Below, one piece after another: positions 52,001 to 60,892 of a stretch of 64,000 nt of DNA. The translations under genes were made by a program, and so were the position numbers. This DNA comes from Callorhinchus milii. Lineage: Eukaryota. The stretch lies in the NCBI RefSeq assembly GCF_018977255.1, contig NW_024704742.1, forward strand, positions 124,746,001 to 124,810,000, in the 5' to 3' direction. Position 1 is the stretch's first letter. The number at the start of each line of letters is the position of its first letter. The notes beneath the pieces are model-generated. The model was given only the letters and a program-made list of their open reading frames with translations. It did no database searches and was not told where the DNA came from.

Positions 52001-55000
52001 GACAACAATCATCCATAAACAGACATGAAGGTGGTGACCACTGTTATTTTACTCAGTCAGAGACTTTTACTCTGGTTGGATTACAATTGTTTTATAAAGA
52101 CTCCTTACCTTCTCTAGGGATCTAGAGTCCATTGAATCACAAAAATAGCAGTGCAGAAGGAGACCTTTGTTAGTGTTGGCTCGGCTTTTTCCTGGAGCTC
52201 ATGTGACCATCTCCACTAGTTGGGGAGGCATTTTCCAGATCATGCCCAGTGTCAAGCACAGTATACACCTACACATCTCCATTTGGTCTCCTCTTAAAAG
52301 AGATGGTTGGAGAGACATTTGTTTCCCCTTCTCTGCTGAATCAGTCATTTTTATTTTTCAAAAATTTATTTTGCCCCTGCTAGGAAGCGAATGAGTGAGT
52401 GGCCTGAACCAGGAGAGAGGTGTAGATGCACATTGTGTACATTGTGCAGGTGTGGGGGAATTCTCTTAGGAGCAGACTTAATGTTCCTCTGGGCCCTTTT
52501 CCCCCACTTTTTCCCAGCTATGCATTTAAGCTGGTGCTTGGTTATGCACAAGTGTTGGGTAGTCTAATTGCTTGGAATGTTATTTGATACAAGCTCCCTT
52601 CGGAAGTACAGAGGTGATGTAAAAGTGTCAGAAGCTCAGACTGCGGGAATACTCTTTGTCTTTGAGTCTCTGGGGCACATCATTAAAGCAGCATTAAATC
52701 TGGTTTGCTGCACGAGCCTATCAGGGTATTTGGGATTACTATTAATATTGTGCCACGCTGCAACAGAATCCATTACTGTAACCACGTGACTTTACAAACT
52801 ACATTTATGAATGGCAAAGCAAAGATGAAAGTTTGCACAGAAATTCTCAGGTAAAATAATAATAATAATCCTTGTATTTGATATAGCGCCTCATCACATC
52901 ATTGAGACACCTCAAAGCACTTCAACGAATATACTGTAAAGCGAATTGACCATGTATTTTGTGGACGAAACCCAGCAGCCAATTGTGCTGAAGACCAAAT
53001 GAGAACATAAAAAAGAATGCAATGAGAACATAAGCAAATGCAGTACAAGAAACAATACAGTGCTTTGTAAACTCTTTTCCTCTGAATGTTTTGGTTTCCT
53101 CTGTTTTCCTCACCTCCCTTAAGAGGAGACCAAGTGGAGAGAGATTTGCAGGTGTATACTGTCTGCTATGAGGCATTCCCCAAGGGATAAAGTTGGTAGG
53201 TCTCTGGGCCTTTCCTTCACTTCTTCCCAGCTATCTCTGGGCCTTTCCTTCATATCTATGTATCGATGTAAAATTCTATTATTTCCAATGAAATTCATAG
53301 GAAGCAGTAAATTATAATTTTACCAGCTAAGTTCAGCTTCACACACGCTGGTCTGATGGAGTTGAATGTTGGGCATTTGTAAACATCACCCATTCGATTA
53401 ATAGGCTGTCCTTCCCAGGGCGCTCCAATAAGAAGCCTGTATTAAAACAAAAGGTAATATGATTTGTCTTCACATTACACAGTTCTTGACAACATTTCAC
53501 TCTGTTCAAAATCAAAATTCTACCTTGCATTCGAAAGCACATCGCTAATCATAAAACTGTCAGTGGCACTAAATAAAAGCCTACCCCTTCTTTGTCCAAA
53601 GAAAAACCTTTTTTTCAATGTGGCTTTCAATGGCTCTCAAACTTTTTCAGAGAAAATCTTGTGGTTTTGTCTAGCCGTACTTGGACTGTGTTCTTTGCAG
53701 GGTTGCAATGCGTACTAGCGTGGCATTCTATTTTTACACTACAGTGTTACTGCCATGCATGTTAATTATTTTCTTTGAAAATACCCTAGGGGGCAGTTTT
53801 CTAATCATCTTTTGAATCACTGACGCTGGCGGGCAAATACAACTGAGGCCCGAAATTCTGCTCAGCCTTAGCCTGCGATACCGTTCTGTATTATATTAAA
53901 GATTGTGCAGATTTGCAGGAAATTCTTAAATTCAGTCTGAATTTTGAAAGCTGTTTCTTTTCAAAAGATGCAGAAAATGACTTCGAAATTTGGGCTGAAT
54001 TGTAGGATTTTCAGCAACACTGTGGTATTCTTACATTTTTGAATGAGATGGTCTTTCAGATAATGGTTATATGGAATTTCAGGCCCCTAATAATATGCTG
54101 GTCTGTAGATTTCTCTCAGAAAATCATCTGCAATTATGTACCAAACTTTGGGAAGTTTACCATTGTTCGGACAACCACCCTTGTTACTAACCCTTTTAAT
54201 GCTTCATTAGTACAGGACACAACCTGAGCAGGGTTTCTTTTTCAGTAACCAATGAGGATTTTTATATGTAAGCGTCAGTTTGGCTTAGTTGGTAGCAAGA
54301 TCTGTGAATTGAAAGGATGTGGGTTCAGCAGGCTTCATCCGCTCAGCAGGCTGTGGCCTGCTGCATGTCCCGTGGTCAGGCCTTCAGCCTCTTTTTGGAA
54401 CGCCATCCCACATTCCCTTCACTTCACTCCCTCCCTTGCCTCCTGCTAATGGTAGCTAGGAAAATCAGACCCCTCCAACTGACGGGCTTTTCATACAGTC
54501 TTCTTAGTGTCTTAGGAGTCTCAAGACACTCCTCTTTGACCACTCCCTGATCCAACAACCCTGTTCGGGTCCAAATCCCTGACTGTCCAGTGCCTGGGGA
54601 CATCATCTCGATGTGCAAGGCACTATACAAATGTAATTATGTAATTTTGTTGTTGTGTATCAGACGATTTAAAATGAAATTTGATTTCAGGAAAAAAGGT
54701 AAAGAATTGGTTGAAAAAAAATCCGTTCTTGAAGACTTGTAAAGTCTTTTTTTGGCCACTGTTCATGTTTCTACCCTTTTTATGTTGGGTGTTTCAGGGC
54801 TTTTTCTTGGTTGAGAAGCAGCTGAATGCAAAATTGGCTTCCACATTGTGAATATCACATCTTTGATTTCAAATTGTTCTCTTTTATGCTAGTCTTCACA
54901 TACAGACATCTAAAAATATAAATAATAATAAATCTATTGTTTTTAATAGTTATTCTGGTGGTTCCTCTGTGAAATCAGTGAGCCAGTGTGATACTGAGAT

Positions 55001-58000
55001 ACTTAGGTAGATTGAGAAATTATATTACAGGGGAATTGGTTTTGAGATGGATAGCTTCTTGAAGGAGCAAGCACTGACATGATAATATGGGCTGAATGAT
55101 GTTTCATTCTGTCATACAGTTCCATGATTCTGTTGGATCCATGGAAAGTCTTGGATCCAATTCCTGGTTTGACCCATTAAACGGATCTCAGCTGAGTTAG
55201 CAATTGAGGAAGAGAGCATTGCAGATGGGTTTCCCAGTGCAAAGGGGAATGCTTATTGTGAAATAGAATACATTATTATTATTATTAATATTTCTCTTTC
55301 TACTTGTAATAAGATGAGAAAAGAATGTCTGAGGACTATCCCTATTGTTACATGTGTGGCTTAATTTTAGACGATTATATCTATAAGTTTTAAAATTACA
55401 TTGTTGTTGATTTCTGAAATGGCAGCTTGGAAAATCAGACCCCTCCAACTGACGGGCTTTTCATACAGTCTTCTTAGTGTCTTAGGACACAGGCACTTAG
55501 AAAAATCTTGGCATCTCTTTACAAAAAATGGAAACTGGCCTAATAAATGACATACTTTCCAGCCACACTCTGATCCCTATCTCTACAATTACAGCAGGAA
55601 CTGTAAGCAAGAAACTGCAGGACAAGACCACAGCAGTCCACCATAAATAGAACTGCAATTGTATCATGAATAAAGAACATAAATATACAGTGATTAGGTT
55701 GCTGTGTTGCTTTTCATTACATCCATATAGGAATAATCCATTATGGAATGAATGTAATTTGCGATATAACTTGCCAAAGGCAAAGTTGAAAGATACTTAG
55801 TTGACTTTTCGGGTCATTTCCAAATTGTGTGACGTCGCAATAAACTGAGCAAACAGGGTTCTGGGTTAAATTGCTAATCAGTTGAGTTCATATCCTCAGA
55901 AGTCATCCTCAAGCTGTACAACATGAGTACTGTATGCAGTATTAGTTGCTTTGATTCATCTAAATTGTTAATAGGGATGAGCTACAAGGAAAAAAAATGT
56001 CTCCAAAGTAAGCTTATAGAGATATATTAAAAAAACTAAATGGGATAGAGAAATTAAACCCAGAACAATACTTTCAAATACAATGAGGAGGCAGGACAAG
56101 AGTCACAGATTTTGGATTATGAAGTGCATATTAATAATTATCCTTGCATTTGATATGTTGTCTTTCATGTCCAGTGGACCATCTCAAAGTGCTTTGCGGG
56201 ACTTGCTGAAAAGTGTAGTTTGTAGGCAAACGTGGCAGACAATTTTTGCACAGCAAAGTTGAACAAGCAGCCATGAAGCCATTAATGATTTTTTTATTTG
56301 GGAGATTCCTAATTAGGACACTAAGAAACTGGCTTCTCAGTGTCCTAATTAAGAATCAGTTTTGATTGCTGAATAATGCCATGGGATCTTCAACATCCAC
56401 CGGAGTAGGCAGATGGCACTTGGGTTTAACGACTCTTCCGAAGGATGGTATGTCCAGCAATGCAACGTTCCCCCCAGCACTAGGGTGACCGTAGAATATA
56501 TGAGTTCAAAGACCTGAAGTGGGACCCAGTCTTCCCCATTTGCTCCACAAATGGCAGCTGTGCCTTCAGCCACTGTGCCCCAAATCTCTGGAATCCCTTG
56601 TCTCAATCCTCCATCTTGCTCCCTCTTTGCCCATCTTCAGTTCACACCCAAAGACTTTCCTCTTCGACAGCTTCGGTCAGCTCCCTCCCAATTTAGCTCA
56701 GTGTCAAACCACACCACTGTTAAGTCCAAGATGCTACCCAAGTGAAAGGTGCAACATAAATGCAAGTTGTTGTTGTTTGTGAACACCCAAACTTCTAACA
56801 CAGTGCTACTAACTAAGCCAGGTTGACATATAATGTAATATTTGAAAGAGAAAGTGGATAATTTTAAGAAAGCAAAATAAAAACAACTGCAGGTGCTGCA
56901 AATCATGAAGCAAAACAGAAATGCTGGAATTGAACAATACAATAAATAATTACATGTATACAGTATCTTTCATGCCAGCAGGACATCCCAAAACATCTAA
57001 CACCCTACTGGCTGGGCACCCGAGCTAGGAGTGGGAGCTGGAAGGGACTGGGAGGGTTGAGATGACCGACAGCAAGGTCAAAGAGGAAGGTTTTGAGACA
57101 GGTCGACCAATAGCAATGAGTCATATTTTAGGCATGATTTTTCACTGGTTATAGTTGAAATTATTAACACATTCATTTTAGTTTTTATTGGCTTTTATTT
57201 TCAAGAAATGCTATTGATTGTCTGAAAGCCAGTTTGAGAGTTCTACTCAACAAAGGGCTGGACTCCAATGACTGACTATTTGAGGTTTATTATGTGTTAT
57301 GTGCAAACCATGTGTGGATGCATAATAATAACAAATAATAATAATTCTTGCATTTGATATAGCACTTTTCACATATTCTAGAATATACTGTAAAGTGAAT
57401 TGATTATATTTGTGGGTGAAATGCAGCAGCCAATTGCGCACTCAGTGTCCCACAAACAGTCGTGGATTGAAGTGACCAATTTATAATTTTTTTTCTTGAG
57501 GGATTATTATCAGGCGTTTAGAGTAAGGAAACTTGCCCAAGGTTTCGACCTGCCGGGAATCGAACCAGGGCTCTTGCTTGCGAGGCGAGTGCTGTAACCA
57601 CTGAGCTACAGGACTCCTGAATGCATGTAAATAGAGGGAATTACTGGTGGCCTTAATCATGTCTTTACCAATGAATTGGTTGTTAATGACAAACTTAAGG
57701 GCACCTTAATTATACTATTAGGACTTAAACATTCAATACTTGTATAGGAGAATTAAGATCTGTGCTGTTTCTCAGTACGAAATGTTCAATAATCGGATTT
57801 CTGATAACATTGCACATGCTGAAGAATGCGTTAACAAAATTCCAAAACATAAAATTAGATCTTAACGAAGTGAAAGAAGCATACAAATGAGTAACGTGAG
57901 TTTAATCATTCTTTTATTAGTGAAAATAAAGAAAGACTTTAGCAAGAATAGAGGAAAGATTGATTAACCATTCCCCTTTCTGTAAAAATGAAGATTGTTT

Positions 58001-58695
58001 AATAACATGCAGAAGAACCGTCTTGTGATATACAATCACAGGGTCACAAGAGAGATTCGGATGAAGAAGACTCTTTGGCCTATTTGATCCCATCCCTCTA
58101 GAATAACCACACTACTGTCATCTCATCACAACATAGAGCTTGTTTTTAAATGTGTCCAGCATCCTGGTCTCAACCACCCTTCCTGGTAATCTGTTTCAGT
58201 CATTACTTACTCTCTACCCTTTGTATGTTAATACAATATCCCACAGCCACAGAGTGAGTGATCAATTTTTATTTGGGGGGTTTGTTGGCTATGACACTGG
58301 AAAAACCCTTCTCTTTTTAGAAAGGTCCTATGGGATGTTTAATATCCTCCTGGCTCCCCCCTGCTCGGTGTCATGCTCCGCCATTGTGAAGCGCTCTGCG
58401 GGAGGGGCGCTATATAAATTCAAGTTGTTGTTGTTGTCCACCTGAACAGGCAGACAGGACCTCGAATTAACATCTCATCTGAAAGATAGTTTGCCCTTTG
58501 AAACAGTTTCAAATCATGAATTTCAAATTCAGCACTCCTTTCTAAGCACTTTTAAATTAAGAAAAGGCACTCACCACTTTCCTTCTTCATTTTCAAACTG
58601 CTTAACAGTATATCCAAACATATCAGCCTGTGAGCCATTGAAAATCATAGGGTTTTTCACATCAAGGTTGAATGAACTGGCCAGCTGCAGTAATC
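921..58695 (-). CDS. ITGA1: Integrin alpha-1 gene, partial (17 coding exons in window, equivalent to human exons 2-17; exon 1 and 3' exons outside window)
   Basis: Spliced minus-strand exons with AG acceptors and GT (one GC) donors join in frame. Translation shows FG-GAP repeats, I-domain MIDAS (DGSNS...T...DGESHD) and alpha1-type motifs ENEEGKW, GSYNRGN and the EPIKQ-C-x-C...EPCGSRFG insertion. Exon sizes (121,113,89,115,128,149,151,166,74,145,143,144,93+204,131,167,137) closely match recalled human ITGA1 sizes. Confidence 0.95.
1335..2380 (+). mobile_element. L2-clade LINE 3' fragment with tail
   Basis: [60 protein letters not shown]; ends in L2 stem-loop tail and (TTGTA) repeat. Confidence 0.9.
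3707..4740 (-). mobile_element. L2 3' fragment interrupted by a young SINE
   Basis: (CAA)n tail and stem-loop at ~3710-3775; [18 protein letters not shown] and VRNLSILFD remnants. Confidence 0.85.
4108..4431 (-). mobile_element. Young tRNA(Ala-like)-headed SINE, full length
   Basis: GGAGTCCTGTAGCTCAGTGGTTAGAGC head with pol III A/B boxes, Deu-like body, L2-type stem-loop and (TTA)n tail; highly similar copies elsewhere in window. Confidence 0.9.
4781..5048 (+). mobile_element. Same young SINE, 5'-truncated
   Basis: Starts at ttccaggcagggcgaaacc and ends in (TTA)n. Confidence 0.88.
5049..6050 (-). mobile_element. L2 ORF2 (RT) fragment
   Basis: [52 protein letters not shown]. Confidence 0.9.
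6325..7060. repeat. Unclassified interspersed repeat with internal ~315 bp diverged tandem duplication
   Basis: agtattaggcaca at 6502 and 6817; inverted homologue at 27901-28280. Confidence 0.7.
7339..7505 (-). CDS. ITGA1: ITGA1 exon equivalent to human 16 ([55 protein letters not shown])
   Basis: GACAG| acceptor, |GTAAGT donor, 167 bp, thigh domain start. Confidence 0.93.
8237..8367 (-). CDS. ITGA1: ITGA1 exon equivalent to human 15 ([44 protein letters not shown])
   Basis: AATAG| acceptor, |GTTGGT donor, 131 bp, last FG-GAP repeat. Confidence 0.94.
9690..9950 (+). mobile_element. Penelope-like element terminal repeat remnant containing a minimal hammerhead motif
   Basis: ctgacgaaaggtcatcgacctgaaacgtt...ctctccatagatgctgcc...ccagcaacttctg, typical of shark Penelope terminal repeats (recalled); second copy at 21901-22045. 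Confidence 0.75.
9844..9880 (+). ncRNA. Minimal type-I hammerhead ribozyme-like motif
   Basis: CTGACGA-A-AGGTC(ATC)GACCT-GAAA-CG-TT: core boxes, 5-bp stem II, palindromic AACGTT stem III; stem I weak. Confidence 0.6.
10055..10258 (-). CDS. ITGA1: ITGA1 exon 14b ([68 protein letters not shown])
   Basis: TTTCTAATAG| acceptor, |GTTTGT donor, 204 bp, DLNLDGYND Ca-binding motif. Confidence 0.9.
11029..11121 (-). CDS. ITGA1: ITGA1 exon 14a ([31 protein letters not shown])
   Basis: CTTAG| acceptor, AAG|GTAAGG donor, 93 bp, phase 0-0; homologous to human TRFEYQMSLEPIKQTCC. Confidence 0.88.
11919..15078 (+). mobile_element. CR1-clade LINE, 5'-truncated and decayed (end of esterase ORF1, APE-RT ORF2 with stops/frameshifts, 3' UTR)
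   Basis: ORF1 C-terminus with DGLHL motif (~11950-12075); endonuclease start [79 protein letters not shown]; shark-type tail ggctcgaggggccgaatggcc...ttcctatgttcctatgt. Confidence 0.95.
15144..15287 (-). CDS. ITGA1: ITGA1 exon 13 ([48 protein letters not shown])
   Basis: CACAG| acceptor, |GTGATA donor, 144 bp, Ca-binding DxNxDxxTD FG-GAP repeat. Confidence 0.94.
16549..16691 (-). CDS. ITGA1: ITGA1 exon 12 ([48 protein letters not shown])
   Basis: TTCAG| acceptor, |GTAAAT donor, 143 bp. Confidence 0.94.
18308..18628 (-). mobile_element. Young tRNA-headed SINE, full length, inserted in an L2 tail
   Basis: Near-identical to the 59173-59491 and 62164-62478 copies; anticodon-like arm CTCGC-TTTGCAA-GCGAG. 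Confidence 0.92.
19310..19454 (-). CDS. ITGA1: ITGA1 exon 11 ([48 protein letters not shown])
   Basis: ACCAG| acceptor, |GTAAGA donor, 145 bp. Confidence 0.94.
19822..20090 (-). mobile_element. CR1 3' fragment
   Basis: [21 protein letters not shown]; atagaatcatagaa tail. Confidence 0.75.
20729..20802 (-). CDS. ITGA1: ITGA1 exon 10 ([25 protein letters not shown])
   Basis: ATTAG| acceptor, |GTAAGA donor, 74 bp. Confidence 0.93.
21901..22045 (-). mobile_element. Penelope-like terminal repeat remnant
   Basis: Reverse complement of the 9845-9950 segment, extended by aaatactgcagatgctgaaaatctga. Confidence 0.75.
22236..22472 (+). mobile_element. L2 3' fragment
   Basis: ctctgcccccaccctctggaattcc...stem-loop tail and (TTG) repeat. 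Confidence 0.78.
24570..25690 (-). mobile_element. DeuSINE fragments with nested L2 3' fragment (24996-25495)
   Basis: Deu body split at acatc|catctga; insert encodes [11 protein letters not shown]...[13 protein letters not shown] remnant and has a (CAA)n tail. Confidence 0.78.
26460..27110. mobile_element. DeuSINE (+) interrupted by L2 (-; 26531-26880) joined to an L2 tail (+; 26881-26948)
   Basis: Deu body split at aaataatatt|...|ttggtcatt. Confidence 0.7.
27167..27332 (-). CDS. ITGA1: ITGA1 exon 9 ([55 protein letters not shown])
   Basis: TTTAG| acceptor, |GTAGGT donor, 166 bp, alphaC helix of collagen receptors. Confidence 0.95.
27901..28280. repeat. Second copy of the unclassified repeat, inverted relative to 6325-6680
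   Basis: Colinear reverse-complement motifs; inserted within an L2 fragment. Confidence 0.7.
29780..30075 (-). mobile_element. L2 3' fragment
   Basis: [17 protein letters not shown], (CAA)n tail. Confidence 0.82.
30622..30945. repeat. Compound (TG)n/(TC)n low-complexity microsatellite
   Basis: Seen directly. Confidence 0.9.
31710..31860 (-). CDS. ITGA1: ITGA1 exon 8 ([50 protein letters not shown])
   Basis: ACCAG| acceptor, |GTAAGT donor, 151 bp, TDGESHD. Confidence 0.95.
33455..33985 (+). mobile_element. L2 3' fragment
   Basis: IDFK..., [16 protein letters not shown] remnants and tail. Confidence 0.78.
37755..38745. mobile_element. Two DeuSINE copies in inverted, tail-to-tail arrangement (+ ~37755-38060; - ~38383-38745)
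   Basis: Deu core motifs on opposite strands. Confidence 0.72.
38745..39190 (+). mobile_element. Ancient SINE, AmnSINE2-like (also ~3130-3650 -, ~18700-19175 -, ~49525-49870 +)
   Basis: Shared diverged body ggaaatcagtcag..tcccactcctg.tc..tatccagtgac...ggtgag..acaggattgg; family name is recalled, not searched. Confidence 0.5.
40028..40176 (-). CDS. ITGA1: ITGA1 exon 7 ([50 protein letters not shown])
   Basis: TTCAG| acceptor, |GTGAGT donor, 149 bp. Confidence 0.95.
40480..40970 (+). mobile_element. CR1 3' fragment, old
   Basis: LFSLE..LRGDLIE-like remnant, tttttttccgtacagatggtaatt, tail gatcagatcggccaaagggtcttcttcatcc. Confidence 0.7.
40994..41327 (+). mobile_element. Young tRNA-headed SINE, full length
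   Basis: Head gtggagtcctgtagctcagtgg, (TTA)n tail. Confidence 0.92.
41892..42236 (+). mobile_element. Longer, more diverged variant of the tRNA-headed SINE with extra ~65 bp central segment
   Basis: Same head and tail; extra ctctgtttacctagcagtaagtagg...ctggggg at ~41995-42059. Confidence 0.85.
42296..42742 (-). mobile_element. Older DeuSINE-type SINE, full length
   Basis: Head gtgtcagcc...gagtcagaaggttgtgggtt, Deu core taaagatcccatggcact...tcctggccaa...gctgtttgtgggacattgctgtgcgc, L2-type tail. Confidence 0.8.
43770..43936. mobile_element. Short hAT/Charlie-like MITE
   Basis: Terminal inverted repeats CAGGGTGGTCCAA / TTGGACCATTCTG (11/13); flanks ctttaat / ctttatat resemble a decayed TSD. 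Confidence 0.5.
44578..45330 (-). mobile_element. DeuSINE with nested + strand L2 fragment (~44770-45118)
   Basis: Deu body split at ctcttt|...|ctttcaaatagtg. Confidence 0.72.
46470..46845 (+). mobile_element. CR1 3' fragment, old
   Basis: TRGH..K, FFTQ.V.N.WN.LP remnants; same tail as the 40480 copy. Confidence 0.72.
46933..47060 (-). CDS. ITGA1: ITGA1 exon 6, I-domain start ([43 protein letters not shown])
   Basis: TTGCAG| acceptor, |GTTAGT donor, 128 bp, MIDAS DxSxS. Confidence 0.95.
48390..48504 (-). CDS. ITGA1: ITGA1 exon 5 ([38 protein letters not shown])
   Basis: TTTCAG| acceptor, |GTATGC donor, 115 bp. Confidence 0.93.
51717..51805 (-). CDS. ITGA1: ITGA1 exon 4 ([30 protein letters not shown])
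   Basis: CACAG| acceptor, |GTAAGA donor, 89 bp. Confidence 0.93.
53324..53436 (-). CDS. ITGA1: ITGA1 exon 3 ([37 protein letters not shown])
   Basis: ACAG| acceptor, |GTAAAA donor, 113 bp, GAP motif. Confidence 0.93.
56130..56830 (-). mobile_element. DeuSINE with nested L2 3' fragment (~56526-56778)
   Basis: Deu body and head on either side of an L2 tail. Confidence 0.7.
57334..57617 (-). mobile_element. tRNA-headed SINE, near full length
   Basis: Same head, body and tail. Confidence 0.88.
58575..58695 (-). CDS. ITGA1: ITGA1 exon 2 (..[40 protein letters not shown])
   Basis: CTGCAG| acceptor, |GTGAGT donor, 121 bp; signal peptide end and mature N-terminus FNLD. Confidence 0.95.
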
Positions 58696-59172
58696 CTGCA
58701 GGAGAATCAAGGTAAGGTGTAGTAAACATAATCATAATAATAATTAATAATAATATAATAGTTTGCATTTTCAGTCATCATTCCACTCCCCACCTGCTTG
58801 GCTGCCATCCCCAGCTCAGATGCCAAGCCAATATTGTTAAGTGCTTTGGGATGTCCTCCTGATGTGAAAGGTGCTTTATAAATGTAAGATTGTATTGTAT
58901 AATAATAATACTAAAGCTGAGACATTTTTACTTTCAGTAAATGCACAGTCCCACAGCAATACTGAATTGTTAAACATATTGAGCTTTCCTCAGTGGCTGA
59001 AATAAGTAAAAACAACCTCTAATGCATTGTTGGATCATACAAGTATGAGTCCTGAAATTCCACTTTAGTCTTAACTTAATTCTAATAATAAATAGTAATC
59101 CTTGCATTTGATATCGCGCCCTATCATGTCATTGAGACGTCTCATGTACAGGTGATATGTTTTTATCCGGTT

Positions 59173-59491
59173 TAATAATAATAATCCTTGCATTTGATAT
59201 AGTGCTTTCCACGTCGGGAGGACGTCCCAAAGCGCTTCACAGAACACACTGTAAAGTGAATTGACTGTATATTTGTGGGCGAACGCGGCAGCCAATTGCG
59301 CACAGCAATGTCCCACAAAGAGTCGTAGATTGAAAATGACCAATTTATTATTGTTTTTGGTTTTGGAGGGATTATTATTATTAGGCGTGTGGAGTAAGGA
59401 AACTTGCCCAAGGTTTCGCCCTGCCTGGAATTGAACTCAGGTCTCTCACTTGCGAAGCGAGTGCTCTAACCACTGAGCTACAGGACTCCAC
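59173..59491 (-). mobile_element. Young tRNA-headed SINE, full length
   Basis: Same family; flanked by gttt on both sides (possible short TSD). Confidence 0.92.
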
Positions 59492-60519
59492 AATTTGTTT
59501 GTACTGAAGTGCGCTTTTCATTAAATAATAATCCTTGTAATTGATATAGCACCTTATCATGTCATTGAGACATCTCAAGCACTTCACACCATATACTTAA
59601 AGTGGATTGACAGTATATTTTGGGGGTGAAAACTTAACCATTTTGTATTAACATTTAAGATGACACAGAATTGTGTTAAATCACTGAATGATTCCAGTGT
59701 CCTGGCCTCAACCATCCTTCTTGGTAATGTTCTCCAGGTGTTAATTATCCTATGGGTTAAATAGATGCTCCCTGGTGTCTATATTCTTTACCTTTTGGCC
59801 CGTGCTTTCAGTCATCTATGCCCACCTTACTCCTTTAGTTCCTATTACCCAGCTTCGGTCCCAGCCAGCTGTGTAAAGAATTTTGAGGCATATGCCTGAC
59901 ATGAAAAGTGCTATATGTATTATATATGTATGTATATATATATGTTATATTGTATTATCCAAAAATCGCTCATTCCAACCATTTATCAAATGAGACATTC
60001 AACCAAGGTCTCGTCTGCTTGTTTAGGTGGACGTTAAAGATCCCTGGGCATGATTCGAAAAGAGAAGCGAGTTTCTTCTGGTGTCCTGGCCAACGATCCC
60101 CCATATAAAATTGATCATTGACTTCATTGCTGTTTGTGGGGCATTGCTGTAGGCAATTTTTTTTATTTGTAATATTTTTTATCAATTTTTTCAATGTCCA
60201 TTTTTGCATTTGAAGGACACAAAACAGGGACAAATGGACAATTGTAATGATGATTTATCCACATTTATTGCTTTCATAAAGTAGTGATTACAACAATCAT
60301 TGATATCGGTCCGCTTGGCAAAAGATATTTACTGGTGCTATGCAGAAAAATAAGCAGGCAATTTATCTTAGAAAGTCATTAAGGAGTCATCTAATTTATG
60401 CAGGTACTGCAAGTAAACAAGCTATTTCATGTTATGCAGACAGATAAAGAGCCAGTTTATCACTTGCAAACCCATTCCTCATTCTTCGAATCGCTCCAAG
60501 CTCACATCCAAGGGTCTAT

Positions 60520-60892
60520 CATAATAATCGTTGCTTTTGATATAGTGCCTTACATGCCATGGGGAGGACTCAAAGTGCTTCCTAAGATTTTACTGTGAAG
60601 CGGTATATTCTGTAGGCAAACGTGGCAGCCAATTTGCACATATTAATGTCCTACACACAGCCATGAAGTAAATGACCAATTTTAACTTGGGGATAGTTGC
60701 CTAAGACACCAGGAGAAAATCTGAACAGAGCCTTGGTTTAACTCTCATCCAAAAGATGGCATCTCAAACAATGCAGTGCATCTCTGGCACTGCACCAGAG
60801 TGTCAGCCTCGGCTGAATGCTCAAATCTTGATGTGGAGCTTGAACCCACAACCTTCTGAGTCAGAATGCTACCAACTGAGCCAGGCTGACAC
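60520..60892 (-). mobile_element. DeuSINE-type SINE
   Basis: Same head and Deu body as 42296-42742, with an internal deletion. Confidence 0.78.

Noticed and set aside
53785..54090. Possible Harbinger-like MITE ends (ggcccgaaattc / gaatttcaggccc)
   Set aside because: Too degenerate to define boundaries or a TSD by eye.
921..58695. Alternative identity as ITGA2, ITGA10 or ITGA11
   Set aside because: [27 protein letters not shown] and the four-Cys EPIKQ...EPCG insertion are alpha1 features; a phylogeny would confirm this.
59071..59587. Recurrent ORFs such as MGKFPYSTR...KCKDYYY and [10 protein letters not shown] that look like a small gene family
   Set aside because: Chance open frames of the repeated SINE sequence.
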